Virus record (IMG/VR): IMGVR_UViG_3300012942_000076
Coordinates: 1 to 41,384 of that record
Direction: 5' to 3' (one strand)
Source: a virus
Lineage: Duplodnaviria; Caudoviricetes
DNA length: 41,384 nt
In this document: one piece after another, positions 33,095-41,261 of the stretch
Numbering within the stretch: the stretch's first letter is position 1
How the letters are laid out: every line of letters begins with the position of its first letter
Notes under the pieces: model-generated
Databases searched by the model: none
What the model saw: only the letters and a program-made list of their open reading frames with translations
Told to the model about the DNA's origin: nothing
Translations under genes and position numbers: made by a program

Positions 33095-34326
33095 TGGCCT
33101 GGCAGGATCGCTATCGGCCGGGCAGCTTTCGGGGTGTCGGCTTCGTCACCTTGGCGCACGAAGCCGAGCTCGGCCGGCGCGGCGAGGCCCACCAATATCC
33201 GTTCCGCGACGATCCGTGGTTCGAGGATTTGGGGCGGCAGGGCCGCGCCTGGTCGATCCAGGCATTCGTGATCGGCCCCGACTATATGAGCGGCCGGGAC
33301 GCGCTGATCGCGGCTCTGGAGGCTCCGGGCGCGGGCACGCTGGTGCATCCCTTCCTCGGCACCTTTCAGGCGCAGCCGGTCGGCGGCTGCCGGATCTCGG
33401 AGAGCACCGACGAAGGCGGGATGGCGCGCTTCGATCTCCGGTTCGTCGAGCCGGGAATCGCCGTCACCGCCTTGAGCTCGGCCGACACGCAGGGCGCGGC
33501 GAGCGATGCCGCCGATGCGACCGACGCGGCGGCGAGCGACCGCTTCGGCGAAGAATTCGTCGCGGCCGGGCAGCCGCCCTTCGTCGACGACGCAGCCGCC
33601 GCGCTGATCGGCGGCCTCGCCGCCTCGATCGCGGGCGCGGCGATGCTGCTGGGCGGTTCCGGCCCGAGCCTGCGCGCCTTCCAGGCCGATCTCGCCTCTC
33701 TCGATGGCGCGGCCGCGATCCTCACCCAATCGGACCAGCTCGCCGCCGCGACCATCGGCCTGATCGGATCACTGGCGGGTTTGGGCGGCCGCCCGGCGAT
33801 GCAGATCACCGCCTTGCGGCAGGTGATCGGCGCGGCCTCGTCCCTTCCGCCGGTCGTCACCACGACCCCGAGCCGCAAACGGCAGGCGGCCAACCAGCAG
33901 GCTTATGCCGATCTGGTGATCGCGGCGGCCGCCGGCGCGACGGTGCGGGCGACGGCGGGAGTCGCCTTCGCTTCCTATGATGATGCGGTCGCGCTGCGCG
34001 ATGCGCTCGGCGATGACCTCGACGCCCAGGCGCTCGCGGCCGCCGATCGGGGCAATGACGCGCTCGCCGCCGATCTCGATACGCTGCGCCGCGCGATGAT
34101 CGCCGACGTCACCGCGCGCGGCGGCTCGCTCGCCCGCCTGTTCGGCTATACGCCCATGCGCGTCTCGCCGGCGCTGGTGATCGCGTGGCGACTCTATCGC
34201 GATCCGAGCTCGACGGTGGCCCAGGCCGACGATCTCGTCGCGCGCAACCATGTTCGTCATCCCGGCTTCGTGCCGGCCGCGCCGCTCCAGGTGCTCACGG
34301 CGGATACCGGAGGTGCGCGTGGCTGA
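33094..34326 (+). CDS. DNA circularization protein (Mu gpN-like)
   Basis: MAWQDRYRPGSFRGVGF, HQYPFRD, EDLGR, GTLVHPFLG, RNHVRHPGFVP. Confidence 0.92.
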   Translation: MAWQDRYRPGSFRGVGFVTLAHEAELGRRGEAHQYPFRDDPWFEDLGRQGRAWSIQAFVIGPDYMSGRDALIAALEAPGAGTLVHPFLGTFQAQPVGGCRISESTDEGGMARFDLRFVEPGIAVTALSSADTQGAASDAADATDAAASDRFGEEFVAAGQPPFVDDAAAALIGGLAASIAGAAMLLGGSGPSLRAFQADLASLDGAAAILTQSDQLAAATIGLIGSLAGLGGRPAMQITALRQVIGAASSLPPVVTTTPSRKRQAANQQAYADLVIAAAAGATVRATAGVAFASYDDAVALRDALGDDLDAQALAAADRGNDALAADLDTLRRAMIADVTARGGSLARLFGYTPMRVSPALVIAWRLYRDPSSTVAQADDLVARNHVRHPGFVPAAPLQVLTADTGGARG

Positions 34327-35401
34327 CGATGTGATGCTCACCGTCGGCGGCCGGAAATATGGCGGTTGGACCGACATCGAGATCGCGGTCGGCATTGACG
34401 CGGTGGCCTCGTCGTTCAGGATTGGCCTGACCGAGCGGTGGCCCGGTCATTCGGAGCGCTGGGTCATCGACGCGGGATCGCCGGCGGTCGTGTCGATCGG
34501 CGGGGAGCCGGTGATCACCGGCTATATCGACAGGCTGGAAAGCTGGCTCTCGAAGGACCTCCACAACGTCACCATCACCGGGCGCTCGAAGGCGGCCGAT
34601 CTGGTCGACTGCTCGGCGGTGAACCAGCCGGGGAGCTGGCTCAACCGCTCGCTCGAATCGATCGCGGCCGACATCGCCCAGCCGTTCGGCATCACGATCA
34701 TCGCCGAAGCGCCGACCGCGCCGCCGCTCAAGCGCTTCGCGCTCCAGCAGGGCGAGAGCGCATGGGACGCGATCGCGCGGATGCTAAAGCAGCGCGGCCT
34801 GATCGGCGTCAGCCGGGCGGACGGTTCGGTCGCGCTGGTCAGCCCGAAACCGGGCGCGGCGGCGATCACTCTGGCCGAAGGGCGCGATCTGCTGGAGATC
34901 AGGGGCGAGCACGACGTCTCCGACCGCTTCTCGCGCTATATCGCCAAGGGACAGGCCTCCGGCGACGATCAGGCGAGCGGCGCGGTCGTGGCCGGGCCGA
35001 AGGGCGAGGCGAGCGATCCCGGCGCGGGGCGCTATCGGCCGCTGATCGTGATCGCCGAGGATCAGGCCAGCGCCGCCTCACTCGCCAAACGCGCCGAATG
35101 GGAGGCGACCGTTCGCGCGGCGAAAGCGCAGGAAGCCACGGTCGTCGTCAATGGCTGGCGCCAGCAGGGCGGCGCGCTCTGGACGCCGATGCAGCTCGTG
35201 CGCCTGCGCGCGCCGAGCGCGTGGATCGACGATTCGGTGATGGCGGTTTCGGTGATCTACCGGGATGACAATCATGGGCAGGTCGCCGAGCTGCGCGTCG
35301 GCCGGCCGGAGGCTTACACCCAGCTCGCGATCCCCGAGGACGCGAAACCGTCGAGCATCATCAAGCAGGCCCCGGTCGCCATACTCGGGGGACGCGGATG
35401 A
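34319..35401 (+). CDS. Baseplate hub protein (Mu gpP/gp44-like)
   Basis: GTG start with GGAGG RBS; YGGW, VITGYID, GRSKAADLVDCS, RYRPLIVIAE. Confidence 0.9.
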   Translation: MADDVMLTVGGRKYGGWTDIEIAVGIDAVASSFRIGLTERWPGHSERWVIDAGSPAVVSIGGEPVITGYIDRLESWLSKDLHNVTITGRSKAADLVDCSAVNQPGSWLNRSLESIAADIAQPFGITIIAEAPTAPPLKRFALQQGESAWDAIARMLKQRGLIGVSRADGSVALVSPKPGAAAITLAEGRDLLEIRGEHDVSDRFSRYIAKGQASGDDQASGAVVAGPKGEASDPGAGRYRPLIVIAEDQASAASLAKRAEWEATVRAAKAQEATVVVNGWRQQGGALWTPMQLVRLRAPSAWIDDSVMAVSVIYRDDNHGQVAELRVGRPEAYTQLAIPEDAKPSSIIKQAPVAILGGRG

Positions 35402-35916
35402 AGCCGACCGATCTCCGCCGCCTGCTCGATCCGCTGCATCGCCGCGTCCAGGCGATGGTCTCGCGGGCGGTGATCGCGCTCGTCAACGACGCGACGAAGG
35501 CGCAGTCGCTCCAGCTCACCCTATTCGCCGATGAGACTCACGAGGGGGTCGAGCGCTTCCAGGACTATGGCTTCACCAGCGTGCCAAAGCCGGGCGCGGA
35601 GGCGCTGGTGGTCTTCGTCGGCGGGACGCGGTCGCATGGGGTCGTAGTGGCCTGCGAGGACCGCCGTTTCCGGCTCAAGGGCCTCCCTGAAGGCGAGGTC
35701 GCGCTTTACGACGATCTCGGCCAGGTCGTGCATCTCCAGCGCGATCGGATCGCGATCACCAGCCCGATGAAAGTCGAGGTGACGGCTCCCTCGGTCATCG
35801 TCGCCTCCGATGCGGTGGCGCTGGGCGCGGAGGGCGGCCCGGCGGTGGCGCGGGTCGGCGATCCGGTGGCGAACGGCGTGATCTCGGCCGGCTCGGCCAA
35901 GGTGAGCGCGGCGTGA
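35398..35916 (+). CDS. Baseplate spike (Mu gp45/gpV-like)
   Basis: VERFQDYGFTSVP, GGTRSHGVV, GEVALYDDLG. Confidence 0.9.
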   Translation: MKPTDLRRLLDPLHRRVQAMVSRAVIALVNDATKAQSLQLTLFADETHEGVERFQDYGFTSVPKPGAEALVVFVGGTRSHGVVVACEDRRFRLKGLPEGEVALYDDLGQVVHLQRDRIAITSPMKVEVTAPSVIVASDAVALGAEGGPAVARVGDPVANGVISAGSAKVSAA

Positions 35917-36176
35917 GCGCGCGGGCTTCCACCAAGCGCGGCTGGCGTCGGAGCGAGGCCGATCCCGCGAAAGTGGGGCCGATCCTGCGCATGGCGGGCA
36001 CGATTCCCAGCGATGGAGATCCTGTCGACGCCTGGGCGCATTTCGATCGGCAGGGACGTCCTCGTCGCATTCACGCGCGCTATGCGGATGGCTGGCGGGC
36101 GACCCTTTCGTTTCGCCTCGACGGCACCTGTTCGCTTAGCCTCGCGCTCAAGCTGCGCATCGAGGGAGGACGCTGA
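35913..36176 (+). CDS. Hypothetical basic protein (87 aa), accessory insert
   Basis: GTGA coupling to the gp45-like gene. Confidence 0.5.
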   Translation: MSARASTKRGWRRSEADPAKVGPILRMAGTIPSDGDPVDAWAHFDRQGRPRRIHARYADGWRATLSFRLDGTCSLSLALKLRIEGGR

Positions 36177-36322
36177 TGCGCTGGTCGCCATCGATCGGCT
36201 GGCGTCGCATCGACCGCTGCGAGGCGGAATGGCGCGGCCTGCTTTCTCCCTGGCATTGGGAGCTGCTGGAGTTCACCTTTCTCGACGTGACGATCGTGCT
36301 CGGCGCGAGGGCGGTCGCATGA
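36176..36322 (+). CDS. Trp-rich small protein (48 aa), accessory insert
   Basis: GGAGGA RBS; TGATG coupling; MRWSPSIGWRRIDRCEAEW...; not in the ORF track. Confidence 0.5.
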   Translation: MRWSPSIGWRRIDRCEAEWRGLLSPWHWELLEFTFLDVTIVLGARAVA

Positions 36323-36750
36323 GGTACGGACCTCGCCTCGTCCGCATCGACGTCTGCTGCAACGATCCTGATGACGGGAGCTTCGCCGAGCGCGCGGCCG
36401 GGATCGATCTTCAGGACAGCCTTATGGAGCTTAGGGCGACCGACTGGCGCGGGCCGGTTTTCCGAGAACATCCCGGTCAAATCCAGCTCGACCGCCGGCG
36501 CTTCGCCTGCTCTCGGAGCAAGGACTGGTACGGCAACTGGTGCTGGAACGCTTACTGGCTGGATATCGATGAGGCTGTCGAGCTGCTCGCCTACGCACAC
36601 ACGCTCCGGCGCTTCGATTGCGAAATGGGAGACGAGCGCCTCTTCAATCGCTGGGATCAGGATCGACCGTTTGATGACGGCGATCGCGATCTTTTTGCTC
36701 GGCTGATGGTAAAGGCCGCCCTTTCCGAAAAGCGCGAGGTGATCGGATGA
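36319..36750 (+). CDS. Hypothetical Trp/Cys-rich protein (143 aa), accessory insert
   Basis: ATGA coupling at both ends; DWYGNWCWNAYW. Confidence 0.6.
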   Translation: MRYGPRLVRIDVCCNDPDDGSFAERAAGIDLQDSLMELRATDWRGPVFREHPGQIQLDRRRFACSRSKDWYGNWCWNAYWLDIDEAVELLAYAHTLRRFDCEMGDERLFNRWDQDRPFDDGDRDLFARLMVKAALSEKREVIG

Positions 36751-37196
36751 CCGATATCGCGCTCGCCTGGGATAATGACCGCTGGCGCGCCGATATCGGC
36801 GTGGCGGCCGGCGATCTCGCCCGCGATGACGGCCTGCGCACGGCGGTCATCATCTCGCTTTTCACGGATGCGCCGGCGCGCGACGATGATCCGCTTCCCG
36901 CGCCCGACGATCGACGCGGCTGGTGGGGCGATGCGATCGCGGAGACGCCGGGCGATGTGACCGGATCGCGCCTCTGGCTCCTGCGCCGCGAGAAGAAGCT
37001 CGCCTCGGTGCTCGTGCGCGCGCGCGACTACGCGCTCGAAGCGCTCCAGTGGATGATCGCGACCGGGATCGCGGCGGCGATCGAGGTCGACGCCAGCGCC
37101 CCGCGCGACGGCGTGCTCGCGCTCTCGGTGACGATCATTCGGCCGTCCGGACCCGGGCGGCAGACCTATGATTTCCTGTGGGAGGCGACCGCTTGA
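36747..37196 (+). CDS. Mu gp46-like baseplate protein
   Basis: LRTAVIISLFTD, RRGWWGD, GSRLWLLRREK. Confidence 0.92.
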   Translation: MTDIALAWDNDRWRADIGVAAGDLARDDGLRTAVIISLFTDAPARDDDPLPAPDDRRGWWGDAIAETPGDVTGSRLWLLRREKKLASVLVRARDYALEALQWMIATGIAAAIEVDASAPRDGVLALSVTIIRPSGPGRQTYDFLWEATA

Positions 37197-38248
37197 GCTT
37201 CGCGCGACCGACTCTCTCCGATCTGATCGCGCGGAGCCGCGCCGATCTCGACGGGCGGCTTCCCGGCGCGGACAGCCGCACGCCGCGCTCGCTCCTCGAC
37301 GTGCTCGCCCGCACGCATGCCGGCGCGCTCTCCGGAGCCTATGGCTATCTCGACGCGATCGCTCTCGATGTCATGCCGGACACGGCGGATACAGATCATC
37401 TCGATCGCTGGGCGACGATCTGGGGCGTGACGCGGAAGGTGGCCATCGCCGCGACCGGCGCGGTCGAGCTCGCCGGCGTCGACGGCGCGATCGTGCCGGC
37501 AAACAGCTTGCTCCTCCGCTCCGATGGAGCCGAATATCTGATCGTAGCTCAAACCGCGCTGGTCGGCGGGGCGGCGACCGTGAATGTCACAGCGGTCGAC
37601 GCCGGCGCGGGCGGCAATGCGATCGCGGGAACGCCGCTCACCTTCGCCTCGCCCGCCGCCGGGATCACCGCCACAGCCACGGTCGGCAATGCAGGGCTGG
37701 TCGGCGGCGGCGACCAGGAGGAAGACCAGGCGCTGCTGGCACGGCTGCTCGCGCGTATCCAGACGCCGCCGCAGGGCGGTTCCTCGGCCGATTATGTCGC
37801 CTGGGCGCTCGCCCAGCCGGAGGTAACGCGCGCGTGGGTCTATCCCGGCTGGGTCGGAGCGGGCAGCGTCGGCATAGCGGTGGTCATGGACCATCGCGAG
37901 ACGATCTTCCCCACCGTCGATGACTGCGCGGCGATCGCCGCCGCGATCGATCCGCTCCGGCCGGTGACGGCGAATGTGGTGGTCTTCGCGCCGACACCGC
38001 AGCCGGCCGACTTCACCCTCTCGATCACGCCCTCGACCGACGCCACCAAGGCGGCCGTTGTCGCCGAGCTCACCGACCTCTTCGCTCGCGAGGCCGCGCC
38101 GGGCGGAACGGTGCTGATCAGCCATATCCGCGAGGCGATCGCCGTCGCGGCCGGAGTGACCGACTACACGCTGGAAGTTCCGGCCGGTAACTTCATCTGC
38201 GAGCCCGGCTTCATGCCGGTGCTCGGCAATATCGTGTGGCTCGACTGA
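37193..38248 (+). CDS. Baseplate J-like protein (Mu gp47)
   Basis: TTG start with GGAGG RBS; FARPTLSDLI, PDTAD, PPQGGSSADYVAWAL, RPVTA. Confidence 0.92.
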   Translation: MSFARPTLSDLIARSRADLDGRLPGADSRTPRSLLDVLARTHAGALSGAYGYLDAIALDVMPDTADTDHLDRWATIWGVTRKVAIAATGAVELAGVDGAIVPANSLLLRSDGAEYLIVAQTALVGGAATVNVTAVDAGAGGNAIAGTPLTFASPAAGITATATVGNAGLVGGGDQEEDQALLARLLARIQTPPQGGSSADYVAWALAQPEVTRAWVYPGWVGAGSVGIAVVMDHRETIFPTVDDCAAIAAAIDPLRPVTANVVVFAPTPQPADFTLSITPSTDATKAAVVAELTDLFAREAAPGGTVLISHIREAIAVAAGVTDYTLEVPAGNFICEPGFMPVLGNIVWLD

Positions 38249-38934
38249 TGTTCGACGCGGCCGCCTATCGCGATCAGCTCCAGCAGCTCCTGCCGCCGGG
38301 GCCGGCATGGCCTCGGGATGAGGACGCCGGGCTCACTCTCCTCCTCGATGCGATCGCCCAGGAGTTCGGCCGCCTCGACGCGCGCGCCGAGCGGCTGCAC
38401 GATGAGGCCGATCCCCGCACCACGCTGGAGCTGCTGACCGATTGGGAGAGGATCGTTGGTCTCCCGGATGCCTGTGCGGGCAGCATCGCGATCACCGTTC
38501 CCGAACGGCGCTCCGCGATCGTCCAGAAGCTCACCAGCCGAGGCGGCCAGTCGATCGCTTATCTGACCAGCCTCGCGGCCTCGCTCGGCTATGCGATCGC
38601 GGTCGAGGAGTTTCAGCCTTCACGCGCCGGAAACGCCCGCTCCGGCGATCGATGCCAAGGCATCGAGGATTGGGCGTTCGCCTTTCGGCTTGACGTGCTG
38701 CCGCCCGGATCGACGCCCGCCGATCCTCTCAATTCGCCCACCTTGGTCGATCTGGTGGTGAACATCACCTACGCGCGCGCTGGCACCGCTCGCGCCGGCG
38801 ATCGGGTCCGCTCGTTCGGCAGCTCGGCGATCGAGTGCGTGATCCGCCGTGCCAAGCCCGCGCACACCGCCGTCATCTTCGCCTATCCGCCGGCTGACGA
38901 GCCGGTGTTCCTCTTCGACTTCACGCTTTCATAG
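38248..38934 (+). CDS. Mu gp48/YmfQ-like baseplate wedge protein (DUF2313)
   Basis: YRDQLQQLLPPGPAW, ELLTDWERIVGLPD, ECVIRRAKPAHT. Confidence 0.9.
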   Translation: MFDAAAYRDQLQQLLPPGPAWPRDEDAGLTLLLDAIAQEFGRLDARAERLHDEADPRTTLELLTDWERIVGLPDACAGSIAITVPERRSAIVQKLTSRGGQSIAYLTSLAASLGYAIAVEEFQPSRAGNARSGDRCQGIEDWAFAFRLDVLPPGSTPADPLNSPTLVDLVVNITYARAGTARAGDRVRSFGSSAIECVIRRAKPAHTAVIFAYPPADEPVFLFDFTLS

Positions 38935-38943
38935 GAAACGGCC

Positions 38944-39639
38944 ATGCATCGCATCGATACCAATGGAGCTCTTCCCGGCGGCCAATTCACCGACGGAAAT
39001 CCTGCAATCGGGCAGCAGGGCACGATCATGGATGCGGCCTGGTTGAATGATATGCAGGAGAATGTCGCCCAGGCGATCGAGCATGCCGGCATCGCCCTGG
39101 TGAAGGGTGATGGCGGCCAACTGACCCAAGCGATCGTGGCGATCGTCGCCGGCGTTGTCGGCAGCGGGGGCGGCGCGGTGCCGACCACGCGTAAGGTTCT
39201 GGGCGGAGGCCTCGTCACCGGCGGCGGCACGCTCGACCAGGACGAGACGCTGACGGTGACCGCCGCCAGCGCGGCCGAGGCGCTCGCCGGGGTCGACAAT
39301 ACGAAGGCGGTGACCCCCGCCGCACTCGGCGGAGCCTTTTCCGGCCAGCTCGGCGCGGCAGGATGGTCGAAACTGCCTAGCGGCCTCATCTTTCAATGGG
39401 GCGGCGTCGCGGCTTACGCAACCGAGGGGCAGGTGGCGGCGAATTTCCCGATCGCTTTCCCTAACGCCTGCGATCGGCTGGTGCTTACGCCTATCAACGC
39501 GACGGCTTCCGCGAACCGCGACATCTGGGTCCAGATCGTTTCGAAGAATGCCGCCGGATTCGTCGGCATGTATCAGCGGTCCACCGCCTCCGACGGCTCG
39601 TCGATCGACGGCCTCGATTTCTTCGCGATCGGCCATTGA
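38944..39639 (+). CDS. Short tail fibre protein (231 aa)
   Basis: MHRID...FTDGNP...AAWLNDMQE anchor; GWSKLPSGLIFQWG...FPIAFPNAC...FFAIGH C-terminal module. Confidence 0.85.
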   Translation: MHRIDTNGALPGGQFTDGNPAIGQQGTIMDAAWLNDMQENVAQAIEHAGIALVKGDGGQLTQAIVAIVAGVVGSGGGAVPTTRKVLGGGLVTGGGTLDQDETLTVTAASAAEALAGVDNTKAVTPAALGGAFSGQLGAAGWSKLPSGLIFQWGGVAAYATEGQVAANFPIAFPNACDRLVLTPINATASANRDIWVQIVSKNAAGFVGMYQRSTASDGSSIDGLDFFAIGH

Positions 39640-39677
39640 TCGCGACGGCATTTCCCTCGGCCGATTTCACGGGGGAG

Positions 39678-39790
39678 GCTGGGGCGCTGCAACGCCCTTC
39701 GCCGCGAGCTGACACTCGCATCTCGCGCGGCGGCCGCCGCGTCCGATTCCCCCGGCCGTCGAGCGGCGGGGGCCGTTATGGGCAGACCCG
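39678..39790 (+). other. Candidate structured RNA leader upstream of the methylase
   Basis: Consecutive hairpins GGGCG-CTGCAA-CGCCC and GCGAG-CTGACA-CTCGC, palindrome CGCGGCGGCCGCCGCG, and a further GC stem. Confidence 0.4.
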
Positions 39791-39794
39791 GTTA

Positions 39795-40595
39795 ATGGAG
39801 ACCTATCAGCTTACCCCGATCGATCCCGTCCGTCCTGTCGCGCCTTATGTGGGCGGGAAGCGTATCCTCGCTAGTCGCATCGCCGAGCGGATCGCCGCGA
39901 TCCCGCACGAGCTCTACGCGGAGCCTTTCGTCGGCATGGGCGGCGTGTTTTTCCGCCGGGCGAGCCGGCCGAAGGCCGAGGTCATCAACGATATCTCGGC
40001 CGACGTGACGACGCTGTTCCGGATCCTCCAGCGCCATTATCAGGCGTTTCTCGATTCCATCAAATGGCAGCTCTCCAGCCGCGCCGAGTTCGAGCGGCTG
40101 ATGAAGGTCGATCCGTCCACGCTGACCGATCTGGAGCGTGCGGCGCGTTTCCTCTACCTCCAGAGGACCGCGTTCGGAGGCAAGGTGGCCGGGCGATCCT
40201 TCGGGATCTCGCGCACAAACCCGGCGCGCTTCGATCTCACCAAGCTCGTCCCCATGCTGGAAGATGTGCATGAGCGGCTCTCCGCCGTCACGATCGAGCG
40301 CCGCCCCTACGACGCCTTCCTCCGCTGCTACGATCGACCTGGTGCGCTGTTCTATCTCGATCCCCCCTATTTCGGTTGCGAAAGCGACTATGGCGAGGGC
40401 GTCTTCTCACCCACCGATTTCGAGCGTTTGAAAGGGCTCTTAGAGGGCCTTCAGGGACGCTTTATCCTGTCGATCAACGACCGCCCCGAGATCCGCGCGA
40501 TCTTCGCCGGCTTTGCGATCGAGGAGGTGGAACTCAATTACCGGATCAGCGGTGCAGCGACGTCGGCGCGCGAGCTGATCGTTTCCGGCGCATGA
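39795..40595 (+). CDS. D12-class N6-adenine DNA methyltransferase (Dam-like), at the mom position
   Basis: PYVGGKR, YAEPFVGMGGVF, EVINDI, FYLDPPY; likely ATG at 39795. Confidence 0.93.
   Translation: METYQLTPIDPVRPVAPYVGGKRILASRIAERIAAIPHELYAEPFVGMGGVFFRRASRPKAEVINDISADVTTLFRILQRHYQAFLDSIKWQLSSRAEFERLMKVDPSTLTDLERAARFLYLQRTAFGGKVAGRSFGISRTNPARFDLTKLVPMLEDVHERLSAVTIERRPYDAFLRCYDRPGALFYLDPPYFGCESDYGEGVFSPTDFERLKGLLEGLQGRFILSINDRPEIRAIFAGFAIEEVELNYRISGAATSARELIVSGA
40418..40471. repeat. 11-bp phased tract 5, inside the methylase gene
   Basis: TTGAAAGGGCT CTTAGAGGGCC TTCAGGGACGC TTTATCC; rare codons TTG, AAA, TTA; shares TTGAAAGGG and CTTCAGGGAC with tract 2. Confidence 0.6.
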
Positions 40596-40684
40596 GCGAG
40601 AAAGGACTGGCCTTTGGGCGGCTTCGGAGCGATGCCGGGTCATCAGCGGACGGGATGGCCATCCGCTGGGGTAGGAGACCCGGA

Positions 40685-40912
40685 ATGCATCACATGCCTC
40701 ACGAACATTATCTGCTCGGCCAGAATGCCCAGGGCGATGAATGGGTGAGCCCCTATTGCGACGCCGAAATGGCCGAAATCTTCACGGCCGAGCAGATCGC
40801 GGCCCTCGCCGAGGGCAAAACGATCGAGATATGGGGGAAGTACGGCTGCGTGCGGTGGACCGACATGGTGGTTGCCGCGCGCGCTGCGGCCTTTGCCGCG
40901 TGGCCCGCATGA
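40685..40912 (+). CDS. Hypothetical acidic protein (about 75 aa)
   Basis: AGGAGA RBS; ATGA coupling to the HTH gene. Confidence 0.65.
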   Translation: MHHMPHEHYLLGQNAQGDEWVSPYCDAEMAEIFTAEQIAALAEGKTIEIWGKYGCVRWTDMVVAARAAAFAAWPA

Positions 40913-41211
40913 TCACCCTCTACGCCGCGGCGCTGCGCTGGCTTGGCCTCAGCCAAGCAGACGCTGCCGATCTACATTCCGTGCGGCTCGATACGATGAA
41001 GAGCTGGTGCTCGGGCCGCCGCGAGGTTCCGGACTTCGCTTGGAATCAGCTGCGCGAGATAGCCGACCACCGCCGCGCATGGCTCGCTCGCGCGCTTACC
41101 GCCGAGGAGCTGCGCTTCGCGACCGAAAATGAAGAGGCGTGGCGGATCGCCGGATTCCCGACGGCGGACAGTTTCGCCGTGGCGCTGGTGGCGCGGGAGC
41201 TTACACCGTGA
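40909..41211 (+). CDS. XRE-like HTH protein (100 aa)
   Basis: LRWLGLSQADAADLHSVRLDTMKSWCSGRREVP. Confidence 0.75.
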   Translation: MITLYAAALRWLGLSQADAADLHSVRLDTMKSWCSGRREVPDFAWNQLREIADHRRAWLARALTAEELRFATENEEAWRIAGFPTADSFAVALVARELTP

Positions 41212-41212
41212 G

Positions 41213-41261
41213 TGCTACAAAAGCTCTTGTCAGAGACTCCAAGACCTCTTGCCGCGCTACA
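41213..41261 (-). repeat. Right end with R2 (41213-41231) and R1 (41235-41253) transposase-binding-like sites and terminal CA
   Basis: Minus strand GGCAAGAGGTCTTGGAGTC and GACAAGAGCTTTTGTAGCA at 22-bp spacing, like Mu R1/R2. Confidence 0.85.

Larger units (their letters stand above)
84..41261. mobile_element. Complete Mu-like transposable phage/prophage (contractile tail)
   Basis: TG...CA ends with imperfect inverted repeats: left TGTTAGATGACAGGAGGTTTTGGAGTC vs reverse complement of right TGTAGCGCGGCAAGAGGTCTTGGAGTC (19/27 identical). Contains MuA/MuB, ner, gemA, Mor and Mu-type head/tail genes in Mu order. Confidence 0.95.

Noticed and set aside
3315-34395. Many long antisense or alternate-frame ORFs (e.g. 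3315..4649 -, 17766..19226 -, 25244..26617 -, 31358..33034 -, 32185..33729 -)
   Set aside because: Shadows of real genes in high-GC DNA; Arg/Pro/Ala-rich or mirror-codon translations with no recognisable motifs.
38944-39794. Gin-type invertible tail-fibre segment, or com/mom
   Set aside because: No invertase, no inverted fibre cassette or flanking inverted repeats, and no CxxC ORF in the gap before the methylase.
39636-39794. 53-aa N-terminal extension of the methylase from TTG 39636
   Set aside because: Low-complexity Arg/Pro/Gly-rich translation over a hairpin-rich region; family similarity begins after ATG 39795.
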